A stretch of DNA of 64,000 nt from Candidatus Marinacidobacterales bacterium (GCA_965237955.1 OZ250169.1:4928001-4992000); one strand, 5' to 3'. Counted from the first letter of the stretch, positions 48,865 through 60,323 are shown. Translations and numbers: made by a program. The notes: generated by a model from the sequence alone, not told the origin.

Positions 48865-49586
48865 TTAAGCTTCATTCTTCAAGAGCCTGTACGCCAGGCG
48901 CCCTTGCGCCGCGTCCAGAAGGGCGTGAAGAGCCATGGGAATCCAGAGTGTCCCCGTGCCGATGTAGAACAACACGAAGACAAACCCCACGAAGATGATC
49001 TTTACCGCCTGTCGACGGCCTTGATAAAGATGTCCAAGGCCGAACGCGACTCCTGACAGAACCGAAGCCGCGGGTAACCCGACGTAGACGGCCAAATACC
49101 AGATCAGGTAGCCGCGAAACAGAACTTCTTCGCAGATCCCGGCGGTGATCGAGAGTGCGGTGAAGTACCGAAGCTCGCCGACACTCGAGGGTAGCAGCGG
49201 CCGCACTGCGTTCAGCTGGCTCATCAGGCGCTCGCGGCCTGCCTCGTCGTTCATCGCCGCCAGAAACATTCGACGCCACGTGATGGCGAGTGCCGCTGCG
49301 GCGACGAGTCCAATCCAAAAACGCGGGCCGGATGGAACCCCGAGACCGAGCTCCTCCACGGACCGGCCGGCGTGGAACCAGACGGCGATCGCTGCGAGCG
49401 CGAGCGACCACTGCCGCACGGTCGTTCTCCGGTACTGGCGCGAGCGGGCCTCCGGCACGCCGGACTCCAACGCCCTTTTGAAGCGAGGATAGTTGTACCG
49501 CGCATACACAGGGAGAACGATCGCGAAGCGAAAACGACGAGATGGTCCCAGGGCGAGATCACGTTCAGCTCTTGTACCACAGTCAT
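48865..49586 (-). pseudogene. CPBP (CAAX protease-like) intramembrane protease with a 1-nt frameshift near 49530
   Basis: AGICEEVLFRGY, FGLGHLYQ, HALLD; the N-terminus MTVVQELNVISPWDHLVVFA is in a different frame. Confidence 0.75.
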
Positions 49587-49759
49587 GGGAAACCCCCACG
49601 GGGCGTGGGCTGGAGCCCGCACTTTGGTCCTCGCCACGGGCGTCGTTGTCGTACAAATCACGGCCTGACAAGCGCTTAGATGAAAATCCCGGTTACCTCG
49701 TAACTGGCACGACTGTTGCGTTCTATAAGGAGGATCGTCACCTCAATCAGGAGACCACC

Positions 49760-52528
49760 ATGCCCACCATTATCGACAAGTTGCTCAACCGAGACACGGA
49801 GACCAAGCCTTCCGCCGAGGAGCTCCGACAAATCGCCGACCTCGCTCAGGAGGAAACCACCCGCCTCGCGCAGCTCATCGACCAGGCTCGACGGGAGCTG
49901 GAAGCCAAGGCCGGCATGCAGGAGTCCATCAAGTCAGTCGAGTCCCGCATCTCGTCTGCGGATGGCACTCTGAAAGCGTTCGAACAACGCGCTACAGCAG
50001 CGCGCGAAATGACCGAGGCGTCGGCCGAGCTCGAAGGCCGTATCGGAACGCTCGATCAGCTCGTAACCTCTGCCGATGCGCGGATCCGCCAAGTGGAGGC
50101 GCGCAACGGAAAGCTGAGCGAAGCGCGGGCGAGCATCGAGAAGCTCATCTCGTCGAGCGTCGAAGCGGATGCGAAAGTTGCGAGCTTCAAGAATCAGGCG
50201 AAAGCAGTCGCGGGCGTTCAGGGCGACGTCCAGCGGGTGAAGGGCGGTCTCGACCAGCTCGAAGAGCAGTTCGGCCTCATTCGTGACGACTACGAGCGAC
50301 TGCAGGATACGATCTCGACACTTCGCAAGGAATCCGGCAACATCGACGACAAAGCGCGTTTCGTGAAAACCGAGCTCGCGCGCGCCGAAGACATCACCCA
50401 CCGCGTCGAAGACGTTGTCAAGAGCCTGACGAACTCACAGGCGCTCTCCAAATCCACCCAGGATCAGCTGCGGCAGTTGAATGCGCTCGCGCAGCACGTG
50501 AACCAGAAGCTCCGCTCCCTCGGCGCCACAAAAGAGCTCGTCGATCGAGCCAGCGGCCAGTTGAACGAAGTCAACGAGCTCGTGTGGGACATGGATCGCA
50601 AGCTCAAGAAAACGGCCGAGGAGAGCCAGTGGCTCAAAGAGATCGAAGGCAACGTCGAGCGGTTCCAAGAGCTGCAACAGCAGTTCGCGAATGACTTGCA
50701 GGCGTCCCGCGAGCAGAAGAGCCAGTTCACCGAAGAGGTCGCGAAGCTCAAAGCGGACATCGCGGGAGCTCTAGGGGAGATTCAACAGCGACTCGAGAGC
50801 GCCGCATTGCTCAAGGAAGAAGTCGAGGTTGCGAACCGGCGCGCGATGGAGGTCTACGACAACATCGCCAAGCTTGAAGAGCACTTGAAGGCGCTCGCGA
50901 ACAAGGACGACACGATTCGCACGGCGATACAGCAGGCCGACGAGCTGAGCTCACGTCTCGATGCCCAGAGAAAAGATGTCGAAGGCATCGAAACCAAGGT
51001 GCAGTCGCTCAAGAACTTCGACGAGCGTCTCAATTCGATGAAGGCGCTTGCGGACAAGGTCTCGGAGCAAGCGCAAGCCGTGGCCGCCAGCGAGAACATG
51101 GTCAAGGAGACCCGTGACCAGATCGCCGAGTTTGGTGAGACCCGCGCCGCGCTTAGTGACGAGCTCGAGCAGTTGAAGCGGAGTCACGAGGACGTCGAAA
51201 AAGCACGCCACCTCGTGACCGAATTCAGAAAGGCCGCCGTGGCCGCGGAAGCCTCGGTTCGGGAAATGACACCCAGGCTCCAGATCGTCGACGCGGTTCA
51301 GTCCCGGTTGGCGACCCTCGACAATCTGTCGTCGAAGCTCGAGACGCGGATCGAAGAGCTTCGACCACGTGCGGAGTTCGTGGAGAGCGTCGAGGCGCGC
51401 TTGAACCGTCTAGGCGAGATCAGCAAGGAGGTCGACGGTCGTATCGATAGTCAGCTCTCGCGTAAGAGCGAGCTCGATTCGATGAAGGTGTCCCAGGAGG
51501 GTTTATCGGCGCACGTCAAGGACCTACAGAAGCTGGTGACGTCCCTGAAGGAAGACAAGAGCTTGCCGCAGATGGAAGAGCGCACCGTGTCGATGGCGAG
51601 CAGGCTCGAGTCGTTCGACGAAAAGCTCCAGGCGTTCGAGCTCATGGAACAGGCATTTCAGGATCGCGAGAAACGCGCCGAGGAGCTCGGCGACTACTTG
51701 GCGGGCTTGCAGAGCACCGTCGGGCAGAACAATGACCGCGTGAGCGTCTTGAACGAAGAGCTCGGCCGCCTCAACGACGGACGCCGTGAGTGGTTGCAGG
51801 AAGTTCACCGCGTGGGCGAAGAGCAGAAATCCGTTCAGGCGCAATCGAAAGCCACCAACGAACAGCTTGCCGAGCTTCGCGCGCTCACTGCCGAGCTCGA
51901 GCAAAAACGCGCCGAGCTACAAGCTTCGGAACAGCGCATTGCGAAACACGAGGAGAGGCTAGCGAAGATCGAGGGGATGATGCAAGGCCTGGATGGAAAG
52001 ATCGCGGAGGTCGGCCAGAAGCAACAGTCCGTGGAACAGGTCAAACAGCAAGTGGAGAATCTCTTCGAAGCCACGGAGCAGACACGCAACGACGCGATGA
52101 ACGTCCTCGAGGCGCGCCAGGACGTGCTCGAGACCGGAAAGCGTCTCGAGTTCCTGCTGCGCGAAGCCTCGGTGCTCAACGCCAAGTACGAGGGGCTCGA
52201 GAAGCGGCGCGGAGCCATCGACCAGGCCGAGGCCAAGATGGATCACCTCGCGAACGTGATCTCCGATGTCGAAGCGAATCTCGAGAACCTCAAAGAGCAG
52301 CGAAGCGTCGTCGATCACGTTGCCGAGAAGCTGGCGCGGCTCGATTTCGCTCTACAGCGGGCCGAAGCGGCTACCCGCGAGCTTCGAGAAGAGCGTGCGC
52401 TCGCGGCTCGCATCTACAAGAACATGCAGCAGCAGAAAGCGCCGCAACCGCAGCCGCAGCAACAGCAGAAAGGTGCGGCGCCGCAACCGCAACGGCAGAG
52501 AGCATTGAAGGCTCCCAAACGCCGCTAA
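49760..52528 (+). CDS. Large all-coiled-coil protein (~922 aa)
   Basis: AGGAG before ATG 49760; E/K/L/Q/R/A-rich heptad-like sequence with almost no Pro; no Walker motifs, TM or signal peptide; Q/P-rich tail. Confidence 0.85.
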   Translation: MPTIIDKLLNRDTETKPSAEELRQIADLAQEETTRLAQLIDQARRELEAKAGMQESIKSVESRISSADGTLKAFEQRATAAREMTEASAELEGRIGTLDQLVTSADARIRQVEARNGKLSEARASIEKLISSSVEADAKVASFKNQAKAVAGVQGDVQRVKGGLDQLEEQFGLIRDDYERLQDTISTLRKESGNIDDKARFVKTELARAEDITHRVEDVVKSLTNSQALSKSTQDQLRQLNALAQHVNQKLRSLGATKELVDRASGQLNEVNELVWDMDRKLKKTAEESQWLKEIEGNVERFQELQQQFANDLQASREQKSQFTEEVAKLKADIAGALGEIQQRLESAALLKEEVEVANRRAMEVYDNIAKLEEHLKALANKDDTIRTAIQQADELSSRLDAQRKDVEGIETKVQSLKNFDERLNSMKALADKVSEQAQAVAASENMVKETRDQIAEFGETRAALSDELEQLKRSHEDVEKARHLVTEFRKAAVAAEASVREMTPRLQIVDAVQSRLATLDNLSSKLETRIEELRPRAEFVESVEARLNRLGEISKEVDGRIDSQLSRKSELDSMKVSQEGLSAHVKDLQKLVTSLKEDKSLPQMEERTVSMASRLESFDEKLQAFELMEQAFQDREKRAEELGDYLAGLQSTVGQNNDRVSVLNEELGRLNDGRREWLQEVHRVGEEQKSVQAQSKATNEQLAELRALTAELEQKRAELQASEQRIAKHEERLAKIEGMMQGLDGKIAEVGQKQQSVEQVKQQVENLFEATEQTRNDAMNVLEARQDVLETGKRLEFLLREASVLNAKYEGLEKRRGAIDQAEAKMDHLANVISDVEANLENLKEQRSVVDHVAEKLARLDFALQRAEAATRELREERALAARIYKNMQQQKAPQPQPQQQQKGAAPQPQRQRALKAPKRR

Positions 52529-52533
52529 CGTCT

Positions 52534-52938
52534 CTATTCCACGAGCTCGATAACGGTGTCGATGTCGATGTCGTTTCTGAGCGTGTGGAACACGCTGCAG
52601 TATTTGTCGAAGGACAGCTTGACCGCGCGCTCGGCCTTGTCGCGCGGAACGTCGCCTCGAATCCGGATTTGTAGGCGCATGCGATGGAAGTAGCGCGGGG
52701 GCTCGGCCACGCGCTCGCCTTCGACGGTGATGCTCAACCCTTCGAGACCGACGCGCATCTTCTCGAGGATGACGACGACGTCGATTCCCATGCACGCTCC
52801 GAGCGACGACAGGAGCGCTTCGGTAGGTGAGAAGCCGCTCTCGGTGTCGCCGTTGAGAGTCAAGCTCGAACCGGATGCGTCGGTTGTATCGAATCGTTGC
52901 CCAGATACCCACGCGAGCTCGACGCGAGTGGTGGTCAC
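52534..52938 (-). CDS. OsmC family protein (YhfA-like)
   Basis: SPTEALLSSLGAC, AVKLSFDKYCSV. Confidence 0.9.
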   Translation of the reverse strand: MTTTRVELAWVSGQRFDTTDASGSSLTLNGDTESGFSPTEALLSSLGACMGIDVVVILEKMRVGLEGLSITVEGERVAEPPRYFHRMRLQIRIRGDVPRDKAERAVKLSFDKYCSVFHTLRNDIDIDTVIELVE

Positions 52939-52939
52939 G

Positions 52940-54169
52940 TCACGGCGCTCCTAGAACCAAAGAGACATTGGTGCCGCCGAAGCCGAACGAGTTCGAAAGC
53001 GCAATGCTCATCGACTTGTCGGTCGGCTCCAAGACGGGCGGATAGTCAACGAGCTCGGGGTCGAGCGGCAACGCGTTCACACTCGGCGCGATCCAACCGT
53101 CGCGCATCATCGCCATCGTGAAGACCGTCTCGATCGCACCCGCGGCGCTCACCGGATGGCCGGTGTAACCCTTGGTCGACGAGTACGCGATCTTGCGCTC
53201 ACCGAAGAGCTGCCGCATCGCCCGCACCTCGGACAAATCGCCGAGGGGTGTCGATGTGCCGTGGGTGTTGATGTAGTCGATGTCATCGGGCTCGATGCCG
53301 GCATCGTTCAAAGCGTTCTTCATGGCGGCGAAGGCCCCTTCCCATGACGGTGCGACCATTTCGCCCACGCCATCGGAGCTCATCCCGAAACCTTTGAGCA
53401 CGCCGAGGATGGGCGCGCCGCGCTTTTCCGCTACCTCACGTGCCTCGAGAATGACGATGCCGGCGCCTTCGGAGAAGATGAACCCGGCGCGGTCCTTCGC
53501 GTAGGGACGCGACGCGCGCTCGGGGTGGTCGTTGTCTTGCCCGTTGTACGCGCGCATCGAGTCGAATCCGGCGTAAAAGTGTGGGTCGGCGACCTCCACC
53601 CCTCCCGCGAGCGCGGCGTCGATGATCCCGATCTCGATGAACCCCGCGGCGAGCAAGATGTTGTAGGCGCCGCCGGAGCACGCCGCGCTCGCCGTGAACG
53701 ACGGCCCTTTCGTGCGTAGCGCGTTGACGAGGTTCGCCGAGACGGTCGAAGCCATCAACTTGGGAATGACGGTGGCGGAGATACGTCGCATGCCGTGTTG
53801 TTCGAGTTGTGCCGCGACCTCGCGGTGGCTTTCGACGTTGCCGGCGCCGCTTCCGACGATGACGGCGAGCGGGGTCGGGTCGACGCCCGATTGCTTCAAG
53901 GCGTGCCGTGCCGCCTTCAGCGCGAGCTTCGGTGCGCGGCCCATGAACCGCGCTTGCTGCTTGGTGAGGTCGAGGTCGTTGAGCTCGAGCTCACCCGGAT
54001 ACAGCCCGATGATTTGGCAGCGGCCGCCGTAGCGGACCGCTTCGTCATACGTTACGAAAGGAGTGTTCTTTCCGGAGCGAAGTTCCGCGGTGATCTGGTC
54101 GAGATCGTCGCCGAAATGGCAGCAAACACCCGCCCCGGTCACGACGATCTCTCTGGTGTGTCGCGTCAT
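52940..54169 (-). CDS. Beta-ketoacyl-ACP synthase (FabB/FabF family)
   Basis: Catalytic SAAC, NTHGTST.GD, SSTKGYTGH, SNSFGFGGTN. Confidence 0.92.
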   Translation of the reverse strand: MTRHTREIVVTGAGVCCHFGDDLDQITAELRSGKNTPFVTYDEAVRYGGRCQIIGLYPGELELNDLDLTKQQARFMGRAPKLALKAARHALKQSGVDPTPLAVIVGSGAGNVESHREVAAQLEQHGMRRISATVIPKLMASTVSANLVNALRTKGPSFTASAACSGGAYNILLAAGFIEIGIIDAALAGGVEVADPHFYAGFDSMRAYNGQDNDHPERASRPYAKDRAGFIFSEGAGIVILEAREVAEKRGAPILGVLKGFGMSSDGVGEMVAPSWEGAFAAMKNALNDAGIEPDDIDYINTHGTSTPLGDLSEVRAMRQLFGERKIAYSSTKGYTGHPVSAAGAIETVFTMAMMRDGWIAPSVNALPLDPELVDYPPVLEPTDKSMSIALSNSFGFGGTNVSLVLGAP

Positions 54170-54374
54170 AGGCGGAGTAGTTTATCCTATCCGCGATGAA
54201 GCGACGGGAACAGGCCACGGGCAGGGGAGCGTTTGGAAGTCCGACGTTAAACGCGCGCTCGCGAAGAAAGTGCTCACGCGCGCCCGCGCCCTCGGCATTC
54301 GCTGCATGTCCGTGTTGTCGTACGGTGGCTTTCCCGAACCGGTCCGCGCCTTATCCGCGCGCATCGATGATTCG

Positions 54375-54547
54375 CGCCCGACATTGCGAATCGTCTCGAG
54401 GGTCGCGTTCCGCTGCGCCCACGTGCCCTCGGCGCTGTCCAAAGGCACCGCCCCTCGTCGAGGTGGGATCACGATCTTGATGTCCGCGGTGCCGACCTCA
54501 CCGAGCAGCTCGTACACCGACCGAGTATCGTAGGCCCCATCGGCGGT
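54375..54547 (-). mobile_element. Internal fragment of an IS5-family (IS903-like) transposase
   Basis: TADGAYDTRSVYE...IVIPPRRGA...QRNATLETIRNVGR; no element ends seen. Confidence 0.7.
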
Positions 54548-57342
54548 TCATCGTCTACGGGCTCTCCTCACCCTCGTTCGGGCTTTTCTTTCATCACGAT
54601 CAGGGTATTCATCGACGATGGTAGCGGTCCATCGAATCGTGCCCCTCTCAATGGGCGTGTAGGATGGGAACTCGTACCTGGCCCGACTACGTGATTCCGG
54701 TGCGACCAACAGACTCTCGCGATAAACCTCGACCCTGTTCTGTACACCAACGACGGTGGCCACTCTGGCACCTTCACCCGTGACTCGGCTCCGAACCACC
54801 ATCTTGATCTGGACGCCCCCAGCGCCCAGTCTCACGGCCCGGCTCACTTTGAAACGGGCGATGTCGAGGTCCAGATCGACGTCTTCAGCTGGGCAAGACT
54901 CGAGCGCAACGTCGTCGATGAAGAAGCTGGAAGATGCGTGGGCTCCTCCTGCATCGAAACCCGTCGTGCGCGATTCGATACGGAGTCGATGCGTTCCGTC
55001 ATCGCCAAACGTGGAGACATCCCGCTCGATCTGAACGTAACCGCCGGCGTAGGCCGGCTCGCCCTCGAGCACGGAGAAGACTTCCGTGCCATCCAGGAGA
55101 ACCCTGGCGAAATCGACGCCGTTGTCACTCGACGTCGGAATCCAGAGAGAGAATTTCAAGGTCGCGGATCCGCGGGGGATGGTTAGCGTTTGCTCGACGG
55201 CACCTTCCTCGACGCCTCCCGCGAAACCCCCGAACCAGAGGTCCAGTCCCCGGTCCGCGCGAAGGCTGAGCCACAGGTGTCGCCATCGCACAGGGGCGTC
55301 AAGAAGTTGCTCGAGAATTCGCTCCAGTGAGGACTCGGGGTGCCATCTTCGAAGCCTCCGTCCGCTACGGCATCGACACAGCTCAGTGCACTGGCGGTCC
55401 GAAAGCTCCACATCGGCCCGTTGCTCGTCGCTCCCTCGCTATCGTGCGCGACAACCCTCCAGTAGTACACCGCGCCATCCACGAGCGTGTCCGGATCACA
55501 GCTCGTCGTGGGCTGGTCGAAGCTCGCAAGCGGCGGATCAATCGATGTGCCGAAGTGGACGTCGTAGGTCACCGTATCGCCCGGGTCCGGATCCCCGCCT
55601 GTCCACGATAGGGTCACTACGGTGGAAACGTCAATTTCTCCGGCCGTCGGCGACGGACTGGATGGAATGGACGGAGGTAGGTTGAAGCTACCTTCCTGCT
55701 CTACGGAGAAAGTCAAACCGGCGATGGTCATCGTACTGCTTCGGGCCGAGCCCGGGTTGACGTCCACGATATAGGTGTTGATGCCGTCGCCTGCTCCGCC
55801 GCTTGGCGAGTCCACGTGGATCCAGGCCGCGTGGCTCTCGGCGGTCCAGTCGCATCTCGCGTCTGCGGTCACGGTGACGACGCCGGCGCCGCCGTCCAGC
55901 GGGAAAAACGCTGTCGTCGGGTCGATGGAAAAGCCGCAGGCTGCACCCGACGATAGGGTCACCTGAAAACCAGAAGGTGAGCTGCCGTCCACCGATATCG
56001 TGATGTCGTGCGTGTCGTCGGTGAACGTCTCTCCGGGAAGCCACATTGCGGCACCGTCGTTCGGGTCTCCGTTCCCGTCCGGATCGACCACCTGAGATTG
56101 ACGGTCGCCGCGGGTCGAGTCGACGCGGTTGATCAGGATGGCCTCGCCGGGGGTTTGGTCGTCGTATCCCACGAAGCGTCGTGCCTCGACGGTATAGAAC
56201 TCGGTGCCCGATCCGGCGATGGGAACTTTCGCCATGAGATAGCCGTCGCCGGAGATGGGTCCGCCCAAAGGCTCCAGGGTGATGGACTGCCTGCTCCCGT
56301 CGATGGCGACATACTGACGCGAGGGGGGAATCCATCCCATCAAGTCCATGTGATGCGCGACGGTATGGACTCCCAAACAACCGAATTCGGCGTGCGACGG
56401 TGAGCATATTCCGCCGGTGCTCATCACATCCCACTTAGAGTCGTAGGGTGTCGCGTACGGACCCGAGGAGTGGGGTAGTCCGAAACCGTGTCCCATTTCG
56501 TGACCCATGACGCTTTGATTCTCGTAGGCGAACGGCGGCATCCACGTCGTGCTGTAGGTCTTCACCAGTCCGTCCCGATCGAGTACATGAGCTCCGCCCC
56601 AGGCGCAGCAGTCGAGGCTGTCATTGAAGACCAAGTGGATGCCGGCGAAGTCGGGAAAGAACACATCCGCGTCCGCGACCCCGGTGCAATCTTGGGCGAG
56701 ACCATCGAAGCTGATGCCAGGCATGCCGATATCGTCGAAGACGTAATCGGATCTCGGACGAGGCAAGTCATACCACCCGGCGACGACGCTACCGGTCAAG
56801 TTGACGTTGTCGTAGGAGACTTCTCTCCAAAAGTGATCCATTCCGGGCCTGGAACTACCCATCAAGTTTTCGAAATAGGATCGGGGCTGCGGGGTCACCG
56901 AGGCAGAGTCGGAAAAACGACACAGGATCGTCACCCAGGGCTGCGACCCACTCACCGCCATCGGTAGAGACGGATCGGCCGATAAGGCCGCAGGCTCATC
57001 CAGTTGGATCGATAGAGGCCGAAGCGGAGCGGGGCGAGACCCGACGTCGTCGAGAGCGATCGCTCGCTCGTCGATAATGACCGTCACTCGCCTGCGGTCC
57101 AGACCCGCCGGCCCCCCGAGATTCCTGAGCTGAGCCTCGCTGAGATCGAGCTCCGTCACCCGACCCTGGTCGTCGGCAACGACATACCTTGCGAGCGCGA
57201 TTCCGGATCCCGGGGGGCCGTCCCCCCGAATCACCGAGGCCGTGCCTGATAAGAACCTCTCCTGGGCGGAGGCCTCTTCGCCCGCGAATTGCCAGGTCAA
57301 CAACAAAGCGATAACCGCGGAAACGGTCCGAGCTAATCTCAT
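54548..57342 (-). pseudogene. Secreted multidomain metzincin protease (M6-like) with BACON/FN3-like modules, frameshifted near 55250
   Basis: Signal peptide; HEMGHGFGLPH and WDVMS Met-turn; CDWTA...WI (BACON-like); YYWRVVA (FN3-like); continues as LWFGG... in ORF 54548-55411. Confidence 0.75.
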
Positions 57343-57816
57343 GGCTATTTCCTGTCTACGGCACTTTGCGGCTCGAGACGCCTGGAGCCTTCGGCTGGGA
57401 GTGTGGCGCCTGGTACGACGCTCAACGCGTCCTCGTTGTTATTCCTTCGTAGTGTCTGGCCGTCATGCCTATCGATATAGCAAGAACTCTGCCAGCCTCA
57501 CGATGTGCACGGCTCACCGCGAGAGTTGCGTGAAACGGGGAGAAACCGAGTGGATCGCACCAAAAGGATTCGGAGCGAATACGATTTTCATACGCTCGGA
57601 GCGTAACGTCGTTCGATGGGAGCGTGAGCGCTGTCACGAACGAAGATGGTTTTGTGATCTGTATCATGCGTCTGTTGGACCGAGAAGAGCGTTGCGCTTT
57701 TCTCGATAGAGGTGACGCTTTTGGAAGGAGCGAAAGTCGAGAGCGTTAAAAACCAGGGGGTGCGGCAAACACGGCGGCTGGACTGACGTACGCTCCAGCC
57801 ATGAAATCTCCCGGAT

Positions 57817-58027
57817 CTATCAGTACAACTTCATTGACAACTCGGAGCTGGAGAATCGCGTCGAAGAGATTCTACCGCTCGAAGCGGGCCGCCTTTACCC
57901 GGTTTGCATAGGCTCTCGTATGTCCGTTGAAGGCGGTGTTGCCTGAGCACACGAGCCCGGAACTGCTCTATCTAGAAACGAAATGGGCCTCGTTAATGCC
58001 CTATCGCACCGCAGCCACAATGCTGCG
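57817..58027 (+). mobile_element. ISKra4-family remnant: pRiA4b ORF-3-like passenger fragment plus transposase fragment
   Basis: YQYNFID...RVEEILPLEAGRLYPVCIG, then LPEHTSPELLYLETKWASLMPY. Confidence 0.65.
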
Positions 58028-58114
58028 AGAGTCGAAGAAGAGGTCGAAAGCCTCGGCCTCGCCCGCTAACATGCTGTCAACGAGCGCTTTGTCATTTCCT
58101 CGCGCCTCGGTCAT
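58028..58114 (-). pseudogene. N-terminal stub of an ECF-type sigma factor
   Basis: MTEARGNDKALVDSMLAGEAEAFDLFFD, cut at the ISKra4 remnant. Confidence 0.5.
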
Positions 58115-58259
58115 TTCGCTCCAACCGTTAGAGGCGTCCAGCACGTTCAATCCTTCGCAAAAAAGAGCAGATTCTCCTGAAAGTATACGACGGGGCGTTT
58201 GGCATTGTTCTAGTGTGCCTGATTGCACTGCAAATCAGGGGCTCATACAATCCAAAGTG

Positions 58260-58469
58260 ACGGCTTTTGCCGAGGCCCTCTCCGGTCCGACGACGCCGCC
58301 GGGCGAGCGGGTGCAGCTCCACAACGCGCCGGGGTCGGAGACCGGTCCGGGGCAGGTCGTCACCTGGGGAAAGGCCAACGACAATCGCGTCGACGCCTTC
58401 GGATTCCAGTGGGACTGGGCGGGGAAGTCGGCTGCGCACATTCCGTTTGACTGGACCGGCCCGGCGTGA
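58260..58469 (+). pseudogene. C-terminal fragment of a DUF1326-like protein
   Basis: GPTTPPGERVQ.HNAPGSETGPGQVVTWG...WDWAGKS..HIPFDWTGP*; no start codon. Confidence 0.5.
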
Positions 58470-58587
58470 GCCTGCGCTACTGAGAGCGCGACTGTGGCGC
58501 TCAGCTACCCGTCATCTCCTTCATCACCGAGCAGAAGCTGACCCTACGGGCATCCGGATTAATGAATGATGAGGGACAACCGCCGTC

Positions 58588-60078
58588 TCAGCCTCGCGGG
58601 TGCTCGTCGAGCCGCGAAAGCAAGTCCGCCAGCGGCACCGTCGCGATGCCCACGCCCATGTCCGAGAAGCCGTAGGGGAGGACCAGCCGTCCGTTGTGGA
58701 CGATCGCCCCGCACGTGTACGCGACGTTCGGGACGTAGCCGTCGCGCTCGTCCTGCTCGGCCACTAGGAACGGCTCGTTGAGCTTCCCAATGACGCGCTG
58801 TGGATCGTCCAGATCGAGCAGCATCGCCCCGATCACGTAGCGGCGCATCGGTCCGACGCCGTGCGTCAGAACGAGCCATCCCGCTTCGGTCTCGATCGGT
58901 GACCCACAATTCCCGATCTGGATGATCTCCCACCAGCTCTGCGGCGTCTGAAGCCTTTCCGCCTCGTGCCAGAACCGGATGTCGTCGGAGGTCATGACGT
59001 GGATGTTCTTGCTGTCGTGGCGCGAGAGCATCGCGAACTTCCCGTCGATGCGCCGGGGGAACAGCGCCATTCCCTTGTTCGCGACGAGGTGCCCGTTCAG
59101 GGTCCGGACGCTGAAGGTGACGAAGTCAGTGGTCTCGATCAGCTGCGGAAGGATGTCATGTCCGTCGTAGGCCGTGTACGTCGCGTAGTATCGGACGGTC
59201 CTGTCGTCGTCGACGAAACGCACGAACCGCGCGTCCTCCATGCCACGGCTCTCATTCGGGCTGGCGGGGAAGATCACGCGCTCGGAGACCGCCGAGTCAA
59301 GTGGGAACTCGACTTCGTAGTTGGACGTCGCCAGCCAGTGTATCGCCTCGATGGTCTCGCGCCTGGTTCGCGCCCGGATCTCGCGGCGCTCCGACGAGGC
59401 GCAGGCTTCCGTCAGCTCGGTGAAGCTGAAACGATCGGCAAGAGCGTCGAGTACGGCACGCGACAGGTCGTTGTCGAGACCGAGCTCCTCGAGCTTCCTC
59501 TCGAAGACCTCCTTCTTGTAGGACGGATTCGGCGTGCGGTGCCCGGTCGAGACGAAGGGGCTCCTGGCGTCGAAAACGATCTTCCCACGCGGTCCGATCA
59601 CTCCGGAACGGAACTCGATCGACGAGATATGCCCCTCGCCGACCGCCCGCAGACTCATGACGAAGCGAAGCGCGCCTCTCGGCAGGTCCGACTGGTCGGG
59701 CGCCGGAACGAGCGACGGGTTGAACAGCGCGGCGCCTTCGATCGAGTACTCGTGCGTGAAGTAGGCGCCGATCAGAAGTCTTCGCGCAGAGGAGATCCGA
59801 TCGCCGTTCTCGAGGTGACGCGCCACGAGCTGGAAGTGGTCGTCGAGCACCTTCGTGAGGTCGCGGTGACGAGGCGAGAACGCGCCCCGGACTTCGTCCA
59901 GCAGCGCCTGAACCTGCTCCTCCGGAATCGCGAGGATCCGCTCGAGGACGAGATCGACGCGGGACTGCCCGTAGACGAAACCCTCTTCGCCCGGCACGAA
60001 CGGCCGCGTGATGACGCGTTTCGGATCGGGTAGAAACCTGTGTCGCGTCCTCGTCAGTCGCAGCTTCGCCGCCTTCAT
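58588..60078 (-). CDS. Glycoside hydrolase family 130 protein
   Basis: AALFNPS, GEGHISSI, GMEDARFV, YYATYTAY, NKGMALFP, QIGNCGSP, GYVPNV.Y; ATG 60078 overlaps the upstream TGA. Confidence 0.9.
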   Translation of the reverse strand: MKAAKLRLTRTRHRFLPDPKRVITRPFVPGEEGFVYGQSRVDLVLERILAIPEEQVQALLDEVRGAFSPRHRDLTKVLDDHFQLVARHLENGDRISSARRLLIGAYFTHEYSIEGAALFNPSLVPAPDQSDLPRGALRFVMSLRAVGEGHISSIEFRSGVIGPRGKIVFDARSPFVSTGHRTPNPSYKKEVFERKLEELGLDNDLSRAVLDALADRFSFTELTEACASSERREIRARTRRETIEAIHWLATSNYEVEFPLDSAVSERVIFPASPNESRGMEDARFVRFVDDDRTVRYYATYTAYDGHDILPQLIETTDFVTFSVRTLNGHLVANKGMALFPRRIDGKFAMLSRHDSKNIHVMTSDDIRFWHEAERLQTPQSWWEIIQIGNCGSPIETEAGWLVLTHGVGPMRRYVIGAMLLDLDDPQRVIGKLNEPFLVAEQDERDGYVPNVAYTCGAIVHNGRLVLPYGFSDMGVGIATVPLADLLSRLDEHPRG

Positions 60079-60323
60079 CTCCGGCCCGTCCCCAGCGGGC
60101 GACCCTCCGCCACCGCAGGCGGCGCGCGAAGACCCTGTCCACACACTCCTGCAATGGTACCGGCTCTCTTGCTGGATGGGATGAGAGCAAGGGACCTGAA
60201 GGCGGTCGTCGCGTCCCTCTCCGCGGCGCCACCGTCGAGTCCGTCGCCGACTAGGTCGTGCATGGCGAGAAGCGCGAGGAGGAGCGAGACGAGACTCTCC
60301 GCGCCCTGGTTCTCGTTCAAGCT
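60075..60323 (-). pseudogene. C-terminal tail of the disrupted GT4 fusion gene
   Basis: LNENQGAESLVSLLLA; its stop overlaps the GH130 start (ATGA). Confidence 0.8.

Noticed and set aside
54196-54370. Plus-strand stretch loosely resembling a DprA N-terminus, and a GTTAAAC attC-like core
   Set aside because: Similarity is too weak to support by eye, and no complementary attC inverse core was found.
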